From contig NC_087250.1 in assembly GCF_037042905.1 (NCBI RefSeq), forward strand, positions 20,090,001 through 20,154,000: DNA of 64,000 nt, given 5' to 3'. The stretch's first letter is position 1. The number at the start of each line of letters is the position of its first letter. This stretch comes from Lytechinus pictus (Eukaryota). Made by a program: the position numbers and the translations under genes. Under the pieces are notes generated by a model that was given only the letters and a program-made list of their open reading frames with translations, was not told where the DNA came from and ran no database searches. This document shows, one piece after another, positions 1 through 11,680 of this stretch.

Positions 1-82
1 AAGAACAAGAAGATTATTTTGAGAAATGACAACTGCATCATTTCCAGAAGACTTTGAAACAATATGCAATATGACATTTTGA

Positions 83-1153
83 GTGGTGACTAGTCTGTTC
101 AAAAATTTTAGTTTTGAATATTGTAATCCAGTGATCAAGATGGCTGAAAGTTCTAATGAGTTAGTTGACAAATTGATAACAGGTATTACTAATGCCTTAA
201 ATGTGCAAGGAGGTAGAGTGACACATCTGCGTGCCCCCGAATTACCACGATTTTCAGGTAAAACTTCTGTGGGAGATTTAACATTATCGCAATGGTTGGA
301 AGAAGTGGATATTTTTTGTGATCAATGTGAGATTCCCATAACACAGAAAGCCCAAGTTATTTTGAATCATTTAGATGGGGCTGCACGCCAGGAAATCAGA
401 TGTCACTCTGTCTCTTCAGATGATCTAGATACTTTGCTTTCTTTGTTAACACGTAATTTTGGATCTAAAGATACTACTCAAACCCTCAAGAAGAGATTTC
501 ATGAAAGAGTTCAGAAGGAGGGGGAGTCTTTGGATGAGTTTTCAAGGGCTTTAATGTGCATGTATGATGCTATCATAGATGTAGCACCAGATAGGGAAAA
601 AGAGGCACACAAAGGCCTTAGGGATTCTGCCCTTATTGACAAGTTTGTAGCTGGTGCACGTAGCAATAGCATACGCCTAGAGTTACGGCGTATCCGATTG
701 GCTAATCCTGATAAAACATTTTTAGAGATCAGAGATTATGCCTCAGATTTGTTGGAAAGCTTTGACACAAAGGTAGAGGGTACGTCCAATAAACGTGGAT
801 TGGTATATGAGGTGTCAGTTGATGATTGTCCTGAAGGGATAGCTAGTACAAGTAACATGCACACGGATAGTAGTTTGATTCATCATACGGTACAACAACA
901 AGCTGCATTAGAAAAATGTGTATTGCAGCAGCAAACTATTATGGAGCGTCAGCAAGAACAATTATCAGAGTTATTGGCTAGGAAGACCCAAGCAGCTCCA
1001 AAGTATACAAGACAGAAACGTAATCGAAGTTGTTTCTACTGTGGTAGACCTGGTCATATCCAGGCACAGTGTTGGGAGTTACAAAAACAATCACAGAATA
1101 GGAATTATGAGTATCAGAATTCAGGTGATTTAAATGCCAAACCCCCTCTCTAG
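83..1153 (+). CDS. gag: Gag-like protein (first ATG at 140)
   Basis: Open 356-codon frame with LPRFSG...WLEE capsid-like segment, Q-rich coiled coil and CX2CX4HX4C knuckle CFYCGRPGHIQAQC. Confidence 0.9.
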   Translation: MVTSLFKNFSFEYCNPVIKMAESSNELVDKLITGITNALNVQGGRVTHLRAPELPRFSGKTSVGDLTLSQWLEEVDIFCDQCEIPITQKAQVILNHLDGAARQEIRCHSVSSDDLDTLLSLLTRNFGSKDTTQTLKKRFHERVQKEGESLDEFSRALMCMYDAIIDVAPDREKEAHKGLRDSALIDKFVAGARSNSIRLELRRIRLANPDKTFLEIRDYASDLLESFDTKVEGTSNKRGLVYEVSVDDCPEGIASTSNMHTDSSLIHHTVQQQAALEKCVLQQQTIMERQQEQLSELLARKTQAAPKYTRQKRNRSCFYCGRPGHIQAQCWELQKQSQNRNYEYQNSGDLNAKPPL

Positions 1154-1193
1154 CACGGGACCGAAATGTTGAGGGGGAAACTCAGTCGGTCCC
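1129..1193 (+). promoter_or_regulatory. -1 programmed ribosomal frameshift signal: slippery heptamer plus H-type pseudoknot
   Basis: T TTA AAT at 1129-1135 in gag frame; 6-nt spacer; CCCCCTC 1142-1148 pairs with GAGGGGG 1171-1177; GGGACCGA 1157-1164 pairs with TCGGTCCC 1186-1193; the -1 frame is the protease frame. Confidence 0.88.
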
Positions 1194-2256
1194 TGTAGGT
1201 GATGTCCATGTTCCTAGCACTCAACTGACACCTGATGAGATATTAGATAAGTTAGTTCAACAGAGCCCCAAAGCAGTTGTTGATTTGGCTGGTGTTTAAG
1301 TTCAGTGTACATTAGATACTGTGGCAGAAACTTCTCTGATTAGTTCATCATTTTATCATGAGCATTTGGCTGACAAATTAAGTAATACAAAACTAGGGAA
1401 AGTATGTGTACAAGTTGTAGGTGCAAATCACCTACAAATCCCAATTGAAGGATATGTGGAAATTCCTCTTTCTGTAAATGACCATACATTAGGTGCCCAC
1501 TTCTTAATTGTTGATGACTCTGCGCATGGGAAGGCTATTATTGACAGTAAACAAAGTCATGTGTTACTAGGATGTAATGTATTGTATGATTTGAAAGACC
1601 ATGTAAATGATTTGAATGGGTCAGATGCTGAGGCTTGGAATATTGTAATGAAGTGGTTAGATCTTACTAAGCCTGTTGATTCAAATGACAAGAGACAAAG
1701 AGAATGTAAACCAAGTCGTGTTGTAAATGGTAGACCTGGTAGAAAACCTGTAGTCATACATTCTAGACAAGTGCAGACTGTAGTGTGTCAATTGAGAACC
1801 CCGCCAAATGCTTTGAAGGATAAAATGGTTGTAGTAGAAGGAAACCATGATATTGGTGAGACTTGTGCAATTTATGATACTTGTGAGAAGAGTAATGGCA
1901 AGTCGGTTACAGTTTTAATAGGGAATCTTGGCTCCCAACCCTTAGTTATTCCCCCATTTAGCAAATTGGTGAACGTGACTGAAGTCTTAGATTCCAATGA
2001 AATTATTGTAGAACCTCAAGATCAATATCTCAGTGTTTCCATCTTAAATGTGCTAGTAGAGTCACCCAGTGAGGCTCCTAATAGATTGCAGGATGTGCAG
2101 GAAAAGGAAAGTAATCCAAAGGATGTGTATACTTTCAGTGATGGTAGTCAATATACTTTGCCGCCAGGATTGAATCTGGAATCTTGTAAGGTTTCTAGGG
2201 ATGAAAAGGAAAGAGTGGTACGTCTCATTCAAAAACATGATGCTGTTTTTTTCTAA
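1129..2256 (+). pseudogene. pol N-terminal part: aspartic protease and linker, with premature stop
   Basis: -1 frame reads ...DLAGV*VQCTLDTVAETSLI (degenerate LDTGA, TAA at 1297-1299) and later VLLGCNVL; joins the RT frame if one T is removed from the T8 run near 2246-2252. Confidence 0.85.
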
Positions 2257-4963
2257 GGGAGATTTCGATGTTGGTTTTTGTTCGGAAGTACCACATGAAA
2301 TAAAGACAACTGATGATATACCGGTTAATCAACCATATCGTAGAATTCCCCCACATTATGTCAAAGAAGTGAAGGACACTTTACGGCAATTGTTAGATCA
2401 AGGGATAATAGAGCCAAGTAATAGTCCTTATGCAAGCCCTGTAGTTCTTGTCAAGAAAAAAGATGGTAGTTTGCGCATATGTGTTGATTATCGTCAACTT
2501 AATAAGAAAACGTTGAAAGATGCTTTTCCGTTGCCACGTATAGAAGAATCTCTAGAGGCCCTTAATGGTGCAGTTTATTTTTCATCTCTTGATTTAGCTC
2601 ACGGCTATCACCAAGTTGTAATGGATGCTGACTCTAGAAAGAAGTCAGCTTTTCGCGTTCCATTTGGTTTATTTCAATATAATAGAATGCCCTTTGGTTT
2701 GACCAATGCTCCGAGTACGTTTCAAAGAGTGATGGAGCGGTGTTTAGGTTACATGAACTTGACAGAGTTGCTAATTTATTTAGATGACATTCTTTTATTT
2801 TCTCCTTCAATTGATGTCCACTTAGATACTTTAGATAAAGTTCTTACAAGACTAGGTGAGTTTGGTTTAAAGGTCAAAGGAAAAAAAAGTAGTTTGTTTC
2901 AAAGGGAAGCTACATATTTAGGCCATGTGGTGAATGCTGAAGGCATTTCTCTAGATAAAGAAAAAGTTCAAAAGGTGTTGGACTGGCCAGTTCCAAGAAA
3001 TTCTGATGAGTTGAGGTCATTTTTAGGCCTTGCAAGTTATTATAGGCGTTTCGTTAAAGATTTTTCATCCATAGCAGCACCACTTCATGACATATTACCT
3101 CCAACTGTGAAGGGAAAGTCTAGCAAACCTAAACAATCCTTCTGTTGGACCAAAGAGGCTCAAAGAGCATATGATGAGTTGAAAGTAAGACTGGCAAATG
3201 TTCCAGTGTTGAAATACCAAGATTTTTCAAGGCCATTTATTTTAGAGATTGATGCCTCTTTGAAGGGACTAGGTGCATGTTTGTTACAAGAAGATAATCA
3301 AGGTGTCCCACATCCCATAGCTTATGCAAGTCGAGGATTGAGAGGGGCAGAGAAGAATTATCCCGATTACAGTTCCTTTAAACTTGAACTCCTCGCGTTG
3401 AAATGGGCAGTTGTCGATAAGTTTCGCAACTATTTGATCGGAGGTTTGTTCACGGTTCTGACAGATAATAACCCGCTTGCCCATATTCACACTGCTAAGT
3501 TAGATGCTTGCGCAATGAGATGGGTTGCCCAGTTAGAAGCTTTTAATTTTGATATTAAATTTCGTTCTGGTAAGAGTAACAAATGTGCGGATGCCTTGAG
3601 CCGGCATCCTGAACATTTCTGCGCAGTAGAAGTAGAGCAGGTAATGTGTGCAGTACTTGGTACTACAGGAACAGGCATCAATAAAACTGAACCTTGTGTC
3701 GCAGCTGTGAATCAAGGAACTTGTAACTTTCCTCCAGATAGATCTTCCCCTGGGATTTTCCCATCTTTGTCTCCAAGTCAGGTGACAGCATTGCAAAGGT
3801 CAGACCCCATCCTTAAGTATGTTTGGAAACGTTGGGATAAAGGCTTAGAGCCTACAGATGTAGTTAGCGGTATCAGAGAGCCACCAGAAGTTAGGCGATG
3901 GTTGTGGCAGTGGTCAAGGATTGTTGAGAAGGATGGCGTTCTCTGTAGGCATGTAAATGATCCTATACATGGTGAAATCTTTCAGTACTTGCTACCAGAA
4001 TGTCTTCGTGTAAGGGTTTTAGAAGGAGCCCATGATGGTTGGGGTCATCAAGGGGTCACTAGGACCTTTTCTGTTCTTAGAAGGCGTGTTTATTGGCCAA
4101 GGATGGCAGCATCAGTGCATAAGCATGTTAGTAATTGTACACAGTGTGTAATAGCTAAGGCCTCCCAACCACGCATTAGAACGCCAATGAGACATCTAAT
4201 AGCTTTTCGACCATTAGAGGTAGTGGCAATTGACTTTGTGAAAATTGATAAAGGACTAGGCGGTGTAGAAGATGTGTTGGTAATCACTGACGTGTATACC
4301 AAATTTACCCAAGCAGTGGCTTGTAGGGACCAACATGCTGTAACAGTTGCAAAGGTACTAAGAGATCATTGGTTTACAAAGTTTGGTATTCCTAACAGAA
4401 TACACAGTGACCAAGGCAGAAATTTTGAGAGGGAGGTGGTTAAGGAGCTTTGCAAATTGTATGGAATAACAAAGACTCACACATCCCCATATCATCCGGA
4501 GGGAAATGGACAAGCAGAAAGATTCAATCGTACATTATTTGGATTGATTAAATCCTTAGATCCGAAGGCAAGACATAGGTGGCCAGATTTGTTGTCTCAT
4601 TTGGTGTTTGTGTACAGCACAACCCCTCATTGCACGACTGGAATAGCTCCATATACTCTAATGTTCGGTCGAGAACCACTCATACCACTTGATCAGATTT
4701 TGGGCCGTACAGATTGTGATTGGAATCAAGATTTTGTTAGTCAACAATCTGAGCTCCTGGAGCGGACTAATCAGATAGTGCAAGAAAGAGTTAAGCAATC
4801 TGCTGCACATAATAAAGGGCTGCATGATGCCAAGGCCCCAGCATTTGGTAAGGGCATTCATATTGGTACCCAAGTACTTTTGAAAAAATGTGCTTTCCCT
4901 GGTAGACACAAAATCAAAGATGTGTATGAGAGGGATCAGTATATATGTTGTCTTCTGGCATAA
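2201..4963 (+). CDS. pol: pol: reverse transcriptase, RNase H, integrase
   Basis: SPVVLVKKKDGSLRICVDYRQLN, MPFGLTNAP, YLDD; RNase H DAS...TDNNPL; integrase HHCC and D,D(35)E-type core (AIDF, SDQG, NGQAER); C-terminus continues frameshifted to ~5397 (LRRST*VTRG motif). Confidence 0.96.
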   Translation: MKRKEWYVSFKNMMLFFSKGDFDVGFCSEVPHEIKTTDDIPVNQPYRRIPPHYVKEVKDTLRQLLDQGIIEPSNSPYASPVVLVKKKDGSLRICVDYRQLNKKTLKDAFPLPRIEESLEALNGAVYFSSLDLAHGYHQVVMDADSRKKSAFRVPFGLFQYNRMPFGLTNAPSTFQRVMERCLGYMNLTELLIYLDDILLFSPSIDVHLDTLDKVLTRLGEFGLKVKGKKSSLFQREATYLGHVVNAEGISLDKEKVQKVLDWPVPRNSDELRSFLGLASYYRRFVKDFSSIAAPLHDILPPTVKGKSSKPKQSFCWTKEAQRAYDELKVRLANVPVLKYQDFSRPFILEIDASLKGLGACLLQEDNQGVPHPIAYASRGLRGAEKNYPDYSSFKLELLALKWAVVDKFRNYLIGGLFTVLTDNNPLAHIHTAKLDACAMRWVAQLEAFNFDIKFRSGKSNKCADALSRHPEHFCAVEVEQVMCAVLGTTGTGINKTEPCVAAVNQGTCNFPPDRSSPGIFPSLSPSQVTALQRSDPILKYVWKRWDKGLEPTDVVSGIREPPEVRRWLWQWSRIVEKDGVLCRHVNDPIHGEIFQYLLPECLRVRVLEGAHDGWGHQGVTRTFSVLRRRVYWPRMAASVHKHVSNCTQCVIAKASQPRIRTPMRHLIAFRPLEVVAIDFVKIDKGLGGVEDVLVITDVYTKFTQAVACRDQHAVTVAKVLRDHWFTKFGIPNRIHSDQGRNFEREVVKELCKLYGITKTHTSPYHPEGNGQAERFNRTLFGLIKSLDPKARHRWPDLLSHLVFVYSTTPHCTTGIAPYTLMFGREPLIPLDQILGRTDCDWNQDFVSQQSELLERTNQIVQERVKQSAAHNKGLHDAKAPAFGKGIHIGTQVLLKKCAFPGRHKIKDVYERDQYICCLLA

Positions 4964-5989
4964 TAGAGAAGAAGATGTTTATGCTATCAGGCCTGTCAGA
5001 GGAGGAAATGAAAAGGTGGTACACCGACGACTGCTGAGAATATCCCCAGCAATGCAATATGATGATAAACATGGTGATGTTGGTTCTGAGGAGGTAATGA
5101 TGTCAGATGGACATAATTCTAAGGCCCATGTTGACAAACAAAAAGTAGGGAGACCCATTATATTGTCACCAACACTTTGATCAATCAGATGATTCAGAGT
5201 CAGACACGGATGAAGTGTTGATTAGGGGGTGTAAACAAGGGATTGAAGAGCCAAGTGTTTACAATGTAGGGGAGATTCCTTTCACTACTCCCATGTCTGT
5301 AATTCAGTCGCCTGTCGCCCCTGTGCTCCGTAGAAGTACATGAGTCACACGGGGTAAACATCAGAATCCATTTCGACTTTCAAAGTCTAGCATTTGAAAT
5401 TTGCTAAAGACATAAAAAACTTTACGTGCATTTCAATTGTTTTGAGATAGGTAATTCATTTGATTGTTTTTCGTAAATATTTGATTGGAAATATATGTAG
5501 AATGTGAAAATTGTGACTTAATTCCCATGCAACCATGTACCAGTATACATTAAAAAAAAAATGCAAATCAATGTGTAATCGTCAAAAAAAAAAATCCTGA
5601 CATTTATTGATCAACTTTATTTGTTTGCATGTTGGACTTCACCATTATTCAATTTTGAAGTTATAGGATAAGAAGCAGTGTCTATGTATTTGAAGTTGAA
5701 GTTTTGTGAAGTTAAAAAAAAAAAAATAGTACGAAAAAAAAAAGTCACTCAGTTAACTTGTTTTTCACTGGCAACGGCTTGTCATATATGTATGTTAATC
5801 ACTATTCCAAACTTTTATAGATGAATAGATTACTTCTCAAATTTTACAAAAAAGAGAGGTCATGATACCTGTGAAAAATAATCAAACCATGCTACAATAT
5901 TGAAAGCACATGTGTTAAATATTGTAGATTATTATGAATCATATTTGTTGTAATCTCCTGGAGGAGATTATTATAAAGTAGGGGAGAAT

Positions 5990-6363
5990 TGTAGTGATAT
6001 GAATAACAGGTGCAGGCATAACTCTTGGGCATACATGTAGAGCCTGAAGTGAATTGTATTGTATGCCTGTATTGTATGCCTGCACCAGGCAAGGTGCTTA
6101 TGAATAGAAACATTCTTGGTTTGGTTTATATGAGGCGTGTCATGAACAGGACCATTGATACATGTATGTATTGAGAGAGTAGACAACATGTACCATGCTA
6201 AGTAACCTGGCAGTTGACTCTTCATGCTCTTGTACATGTAGTTGTATGTGAACTCGGTTCTTATAAAGTCTGAAGACTATATTGGAGTTAAAAGCTGAAT
6301 AAAGTGAATATCAAAATAACTTTCTGATCTGTATCGTTATTTTGTTCCCCGTCTATTTCAACA
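5990..6363 (+). repeat. 3' LTR of the Gypsy element (~374 bp)
   Basis: Starts TGTAGTGATA just after purine tract AAAGTAGGGGAGAA; TATAAA ~6262; AATAAA 6298-6303; ends TATTTCAACA (imperfect inverted terminus). 5' LTR is not available for confirmation. Confidence 0.75.
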
Positions 6364-7516
6364 TATTGACTTCAAAACTTGCTCCGTATCAGCCTATTGA
6401 GCAAGATATGAATCTCATCGAACAGGCAATTCTGGCGCGAAGAGCATGCAAAAATTTTATATGGTAACATGAAAGATTTTGTTTTTTTTGCAAGTCTTCC
6501 CCTCACATTATGTCATTCATGCGTCTTCCTCTTCTTATTTTCCTATTCTTTTTTTTCTTCTGTCTTTCTTTTTCTTTTCCTTTTTTCTTTTCTTCTTTCT
6601 CCCTTATTTTCTTCTTTTTTTGCTCTGCCAATTTTTTTCAGGGGGGCACCTGGGGGGGCACACCAAATCTCAGGGGGGCACGTGCCCCCCAGGCCCCCCC
6701 CCCCCCCCCGTAGCTACTGTTTTTTGGGGCCTCGCTCGGTCGCCGCTCAAGATTTAGCGCGGAGTTAAAATTTTGGCGGCGCCTGCTCACTTTTCACTCG
6801 CCGCCCGAAATACGCTCGGCGCCCGGTTGGTCGCCGTCCGGGTGCCGACGTAATCGAGCGGTATGCAGAAAATTTATATATATCCCGTCTTGACAAACAG
6901 AAAATTGGATGGATGTCGATATCTCTACGCCACTGGTTCCGTAAATATTCATGTAGGACTGGACGAAATTGTAACTGCATGAAGTTGCAGGGGTGTACGT
7001 GAGAGTTTCAAAACCGTATTGTGAGTTGAGTAAAATCGGTCTAGGAGAAATGATTAAAGACTGTGTAGGCGAAAATCTATCAAAAGAATATGCATATTCA
7101 AATTTGATTTCATTAAGTAACATAATTGGTTTTCATTTATTTTAATTTTTCTGGCTTAATGAAGTATTGGTAGAAATCTTAAGGGAATTGACAGATTCAT
7201 TTATGTGATTATCTATGAATGATTAAGAAATTTATGAATTAATGAATGAATTAATAATTGGTTCGGTTGGATTGAACTATTTATTCATTTTTCATTTACT
7301 TTATTCATTCATTTTTATCATTTATATATCTATTAGTTTAATCGATTTTTCATTGATATTCATTTAGTATTCATAATTCATTTAATTATTAATTTTGTTT
7401 GTTTAAATCGTTTGTTCAAGTAACAACTGATTTTGTAAGTTATTCATTTATTCATTAATCTGATTAGTTGTTCAATCTTACATTTCTTGCTCTATTCATT
7501 CATTAATTTACTAGGG

Positions 7517-7519
<3 letters not shown>

Positions 7520-7576
<57 letters not shown>
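7520..7576. repeat. (TA)n microsatellite
   Basis: Direct reading; a second (TA)n tract lies at ~9732-9797. Confidence 0.97.
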
Positions 7577-7579
<3 letters not shown>

Positions 7580-9728
7580 TATTTATATCCCTCTTATTCT
7601 TATGGATATTCTACAATGTAGATAAACGATTGGTCAATTCGAGATCAAGTATAATTTCAATAGGGGAAAAACATCGCTGCAAATAGCTAAATATCTCTGT
7701 ATAGTTTTCTTCCAGCTCCGTATATTTTTCGATATACTTTCATGGGCAGAACTTCGCATGCTCATGCTCGATATGTTCTCTCAACGTTGAACTGCGCTTG
7801 CTCTTAGCCGGATCGATCGACCCAGATAATCTGAAAAGTCATGCAGTGTACAATTGGGTTTAGATTATCATGCAGGAAATACAATTCCATGAAGGCCATT
7901 TATACAGGAAACCCAAAGTGAATTAGCATACTAATAAGGTGAGTCAAAGGCCGATATGAGAGTCTAAAAAAAGGTTAGCCCGCGGCTGCTCGCTTACAAA
8001 ATTATCTATAAGAAATTAAGTTAGACTGAGTGCAACTGCAGTGGCGCAGCGCACCTCTCACTGCAGTCAGGTACAAGCCGGCCGCGCGCAGCCTACCCAG
8101 GGACTGGCTAGCATGGACGATGCCCGGCAAGGTTTTATTGGTCTAGATTGGTTGCAAATCAGCAAGGAATAGGTCTAAAAGTTAAACATGTTAAAGAGAG
8201 ATATAAAACAAATATGTCAGGAATTTCTTTCGAAAGCTTAGTACACAAACATATCAGGCTTTGAGAAAGTATAGTATACAAATATACCAGGCTTTGAGTA
8301 AGAATAGCGGGAATTATTCATCCGAGGTTGGACTGGTATTAGTATTTTCGAACCTGTCATTTCTTGACTCCGTCTTTCTTTGTACGTGGGCAACGCAAGA
8401 CGGTGGGCGGCCACCGGTCGTCTTGCAAAGCTGTCCCGCTTCAAATTTGGTAGTACAGATGGGGTGTGACCATCTTCTTCTGCATGTTCGTCGAACGTTT
8501 TATAATACATGGTCAACCTGGATAAAAACGATGTTTATCGGTCATTGAGATAAAGACAAAATGCATAGCTTCATATCGTGTCACCGGCTCCGAGTTATTC
8601 ATCGATGGAGAAAGAAATTTAGCTGTAGGGGTAGGGATTAGGCCCCACATCTCTCGGGTTGTCGACGTCGGGACCTTGCAAGTGTCGGGAAAAGGAGAAC
8701 CCTTCATCCTGAGACTCACGCATGGCTGCATTGTAGAGAGAAGTCGAAAACCGCTGCAATTGAACCTGCCGGGGTAGCATATCTGGTTTCCGCTTAAACC
8801 CTCCGGATTAGTTGACGTCGACGAAGTCTGGTGAGTTCTCATTACACTGCGGTGAGAGGAGTTGTTTAACTGCGGGAGAATCGTCTTGGAAGGGGCTGTA
8901 TTGAGGTCAGCGGGCGATTGCTCTTTGGACGGTCTCATCGGGGATGCAGATCGGGTACTGAAGGCCGAAGGCGCTAGTCCGCTCGGGGATTGGACGCTAA
9001 CGGGGAACTCCGAGACATTATCTTCCAACCAACGCTTTCGACACGGCCCTTTATCTTCGTTATCGTGTGGTAGACCCTAGCTGTCTTCGATATCTCCGAG
9101 GGTGGTTTCTGGCACTGTCGTTTGGAAGCCTGACAGCCTTTGCGAGTGAAGCAGCAGGAGTCGCTGATAATTATGTAATGAAGCTCTTGTTACATTTTCC
9201 AGAACAGTCATTCACATTTAATTGTATATACTCTCATATTACAAACTATAAGATATGCTTGATTTGTATCTGAAAAGAAATGAACTCGTTATCTTATCAG
9301 CATGACGATGTGTTATGATTATGAGTGCTGCTATGCAGTTTGTTTTTATGCATGTTTTGCATTAGTGTGCATTTGGGATCTGAAAAAGATAGCACAAATA
9401 AATTCTGCAAACCTACCGTTAGACAGAACATTATATTTAGATATATTTTTTATAGATTCTGATGGTGTCATTTGGCGACACATTAAGTTACATTTTGGTC
9501 AACAGAATTTGCGGTTTAGACCCCAATATTTATTGTGGTCATAATTTATAATGCACGTAATAATTTCAACTAAATGTCTTATCTTCTTAGGTTCTGTGTT
9601 TGGTTTGATTGGTTACCATTCCCTCCAATAACTAAGTTTATAAGTTTGTTTTAACTGGATGTTATTGTGTATAAACTAAGGTTGTATCTCCTTTTTGCGA
9701 AGTATTTACACACACAGTCAAATTATGG

Positions 9729-9772
<44 letters not shown>

Positions 9773-9797
9773 TATATATATATATATATTATATATA

Positions 9798-10614
9798 CAG
9801 TGCGTCCCAGAAAAAACGAAACCGAGATTTAGCGATGATTTATCATAACTTAATCATAAATAAAATAGACAAATGACCTACCAATGTAAAGCTTAGAATG
9901 TCCTCTTTCATCTGGTATTACTTAGATTATTCCTCATTCACGCATGATTGAGCAAAAACAATTCGAAGAAAGGATGCCAAAAACTCATTTGGCGGGGGGT
10001 ATCTGAATTTCAAAAAGAAAATCACATTACTAAAAAGTTCAATATCTTCTCTTTTCTTTGATACCTAAATCACAGAAAATGGTCAAGTAGTAATTAGTTA
10101 TGATCCCTCGAAACAATGCTTGTATTTCCATAATTTCATCAAATAAACGTGTTTTCACCGGTTTCCCACAGAAGCTATCGCATGGTAACAAAAGACTTAA
10201 TGCATGGCTGATCGTCAACAAAACGGAGTGTCGAGTGAGTTTGAACGCTAGCCTGTATAACCTCTTCAGTTAATGAAATTATTGAAATTCAAGCCTTATT
10301 TCAAATAACCAGAATTTGTTATTTCTTGACCATTTTCTGTAATTGAGGTATCAAATTAAAGAGCAGATATTGAACTTTTTAAAAATGTGGTTTTCTTTTT
10401 GAAACCCAGATACAGCCAGCCAAGTGACTTTTTGGTATCCCCTTTTCAAATTGTTTTTGCTCACCTATGCGTGAATAAGAAAATATTTAAGTAATTTCAG
10501 ATGAAAGAAGAGATTCTAAGCTTTACAATGGTAGGTAATTTGTCTATTTTATTTGTGATTAAGTTATGATAAATCATCAATATATCTCGGTTTCGTTTTT
10601 TGTGGGATTCACTT
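9798..10614. mobile_element. Tc1/mariner-like MITE with long TIRs, inserted in a (TA)n tract
   Basis: TA-CAGTGCGTCCCAGAAAAAACGAAACCGAGAT ... ATCTCGGTTTCGTTTTTTGTGGGATTCACTT-TA; arms stay complementary for roughly 350 bp. Confidence 0.88.
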
Positions 10615-10643
10615 TATATATAAATGTGTAAAGTTATACATGT

Positions 10644-11029
10644 ACAACAGCTTTGGCAACTCTTTTATTTAAATATTGTAAAGAAATGGATGAAGAAAAC
10701 AATGGTAGGCGTAGCTTAAATCAAGGTCCCCCAGACCTATCTACCCTTTGGAAAAATTGGTGATGCCGAAAAAATGTCTCTGCCGGGAATCGAACCCGGG
10801 CCCCCAGCTTTGAACGCCGGTGCCTTAACCACTAGACCACAGAGACGGGTTAGTGGCTAGGGCGACCCCGATCCGATTGACCGTCAGATAGACAGATTTT
10901 CGACACTACCAATTATAATTTCCTTTGTCGGGTGAAGGTGGGTTTCGAACAATGACAAGCCGCCATGCTTCAGCTGGATCAAAGCTATTACTTTGATACA
11001 GTACACGTATGGGAGAAAGTATACAAATT
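10644..11029 (-). mobile_element. 386 bp insertion with an internal tRNA module, flanked by 17 bp direct repeats
   Basis: TGTAAAGTTATACATGT at 10627-10643 and 11030-11046. Confidence 0.75.
10775..10846 (-). tRNA. tRNA-like gene, 72 nt, Glu-type body, anticodon reads TCA (opal suppressor-like or repeat-borne pseudo-tRNA)
   Basis: GTCTCTG/CAGAGAC acceptor; D arm GTCT-AGTGGTTA-AGGC; anticodon arm CCGGC-GTTCAAA-GCTGG; 4-nt variable loop; T arm CCGGG-TTCGATT-CCCGG; followed directly by T6 terminator. Confidence 0.75.
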
Positions 11030-11680
11030 TGTAAAGTTATACATGTTAAGGCTAGGGCACCGGCGCGCCGCGGCGTTCAGTGAGCGCAGCGGGTTATCTT
11101 GGTTCAGATTAGAAAAAAAGATGAACTACGAGTACAAGAACTAGATTATCAAGATCTATTGCTCTAACTTATTGAAGTAGGATATAAAACAAATATACCA
11201 GGCCTTTATTTCGAAAGCATAGAAGGAGTTATTCATCCTCGGTTGTACTGGCAAAATCACTATTTATCCCTAGGGCCTTCGCCCCTCGGGAAAAATAGCA
11301 ATGCCAGTCCAACCTCGGATGAATAATTCCCGCTATACTTGCTCAAAGCCCGGTATAGGCTTAATGTGTATATTGCCAACAGTCCAACCGACGAGTAATA
11401 ATTCCCGCTATGCTTTCGAAGGAAACGCCTGCATATATTTGCTTTATATCCTTCTTGACTTTGATTTGCAGACCTAGTCCTTGCTGATGTGTAAACAATC
11501 ATCTAGACCATTCTAACGTTGCTGGACCTAGTCCTACAATTAGGCCTGTCGAGCTTACGCTAACCAGTTAATAGGTAGGCTACGCGTCGACTGCAGTTCA
11601 TGAGAGGTCCGCTGCGCTGCGCCTCGGCAGTTGCAGCACTCTAATTGTACACGCGCACAGGCTATATCTTGATTCACCTT

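Larger units (their letters stand above)
1..6363 (+). mobile_element. Ty3/Gypsy LTR retrotransposon (5' LTR outside the window), mildly decayed
   Basis: gag with CCHC knuckle, protease, then RT-RNaseH-integrase order; polypurine tract ~5975-5988 followed by a TG...CA-bounded 3' LTR. Confidence 0.96.

Noticed and set aside
10686..10710. ATGGATGAAGAAAACAATG|gtaggc as start exon of the DNAJC5-like gene
   Set aside because: Phase 1 donor does not match the phase 2 acceptor at 12365, and it lies within a mobile element
10775..10846. Selenocysteine tRNA
   Set aside because: Anticodon fits, but there is no long variable arm or extended acceptor stem and the length is 72 nt
10930..10985. Possible hammerhead on minus strand (CTGAAGC...CGAAAC) in the tRNA-bearing element
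   Set aside because: Core deviates from CUGANGA, stem II is offset, and no convincing stems I/III
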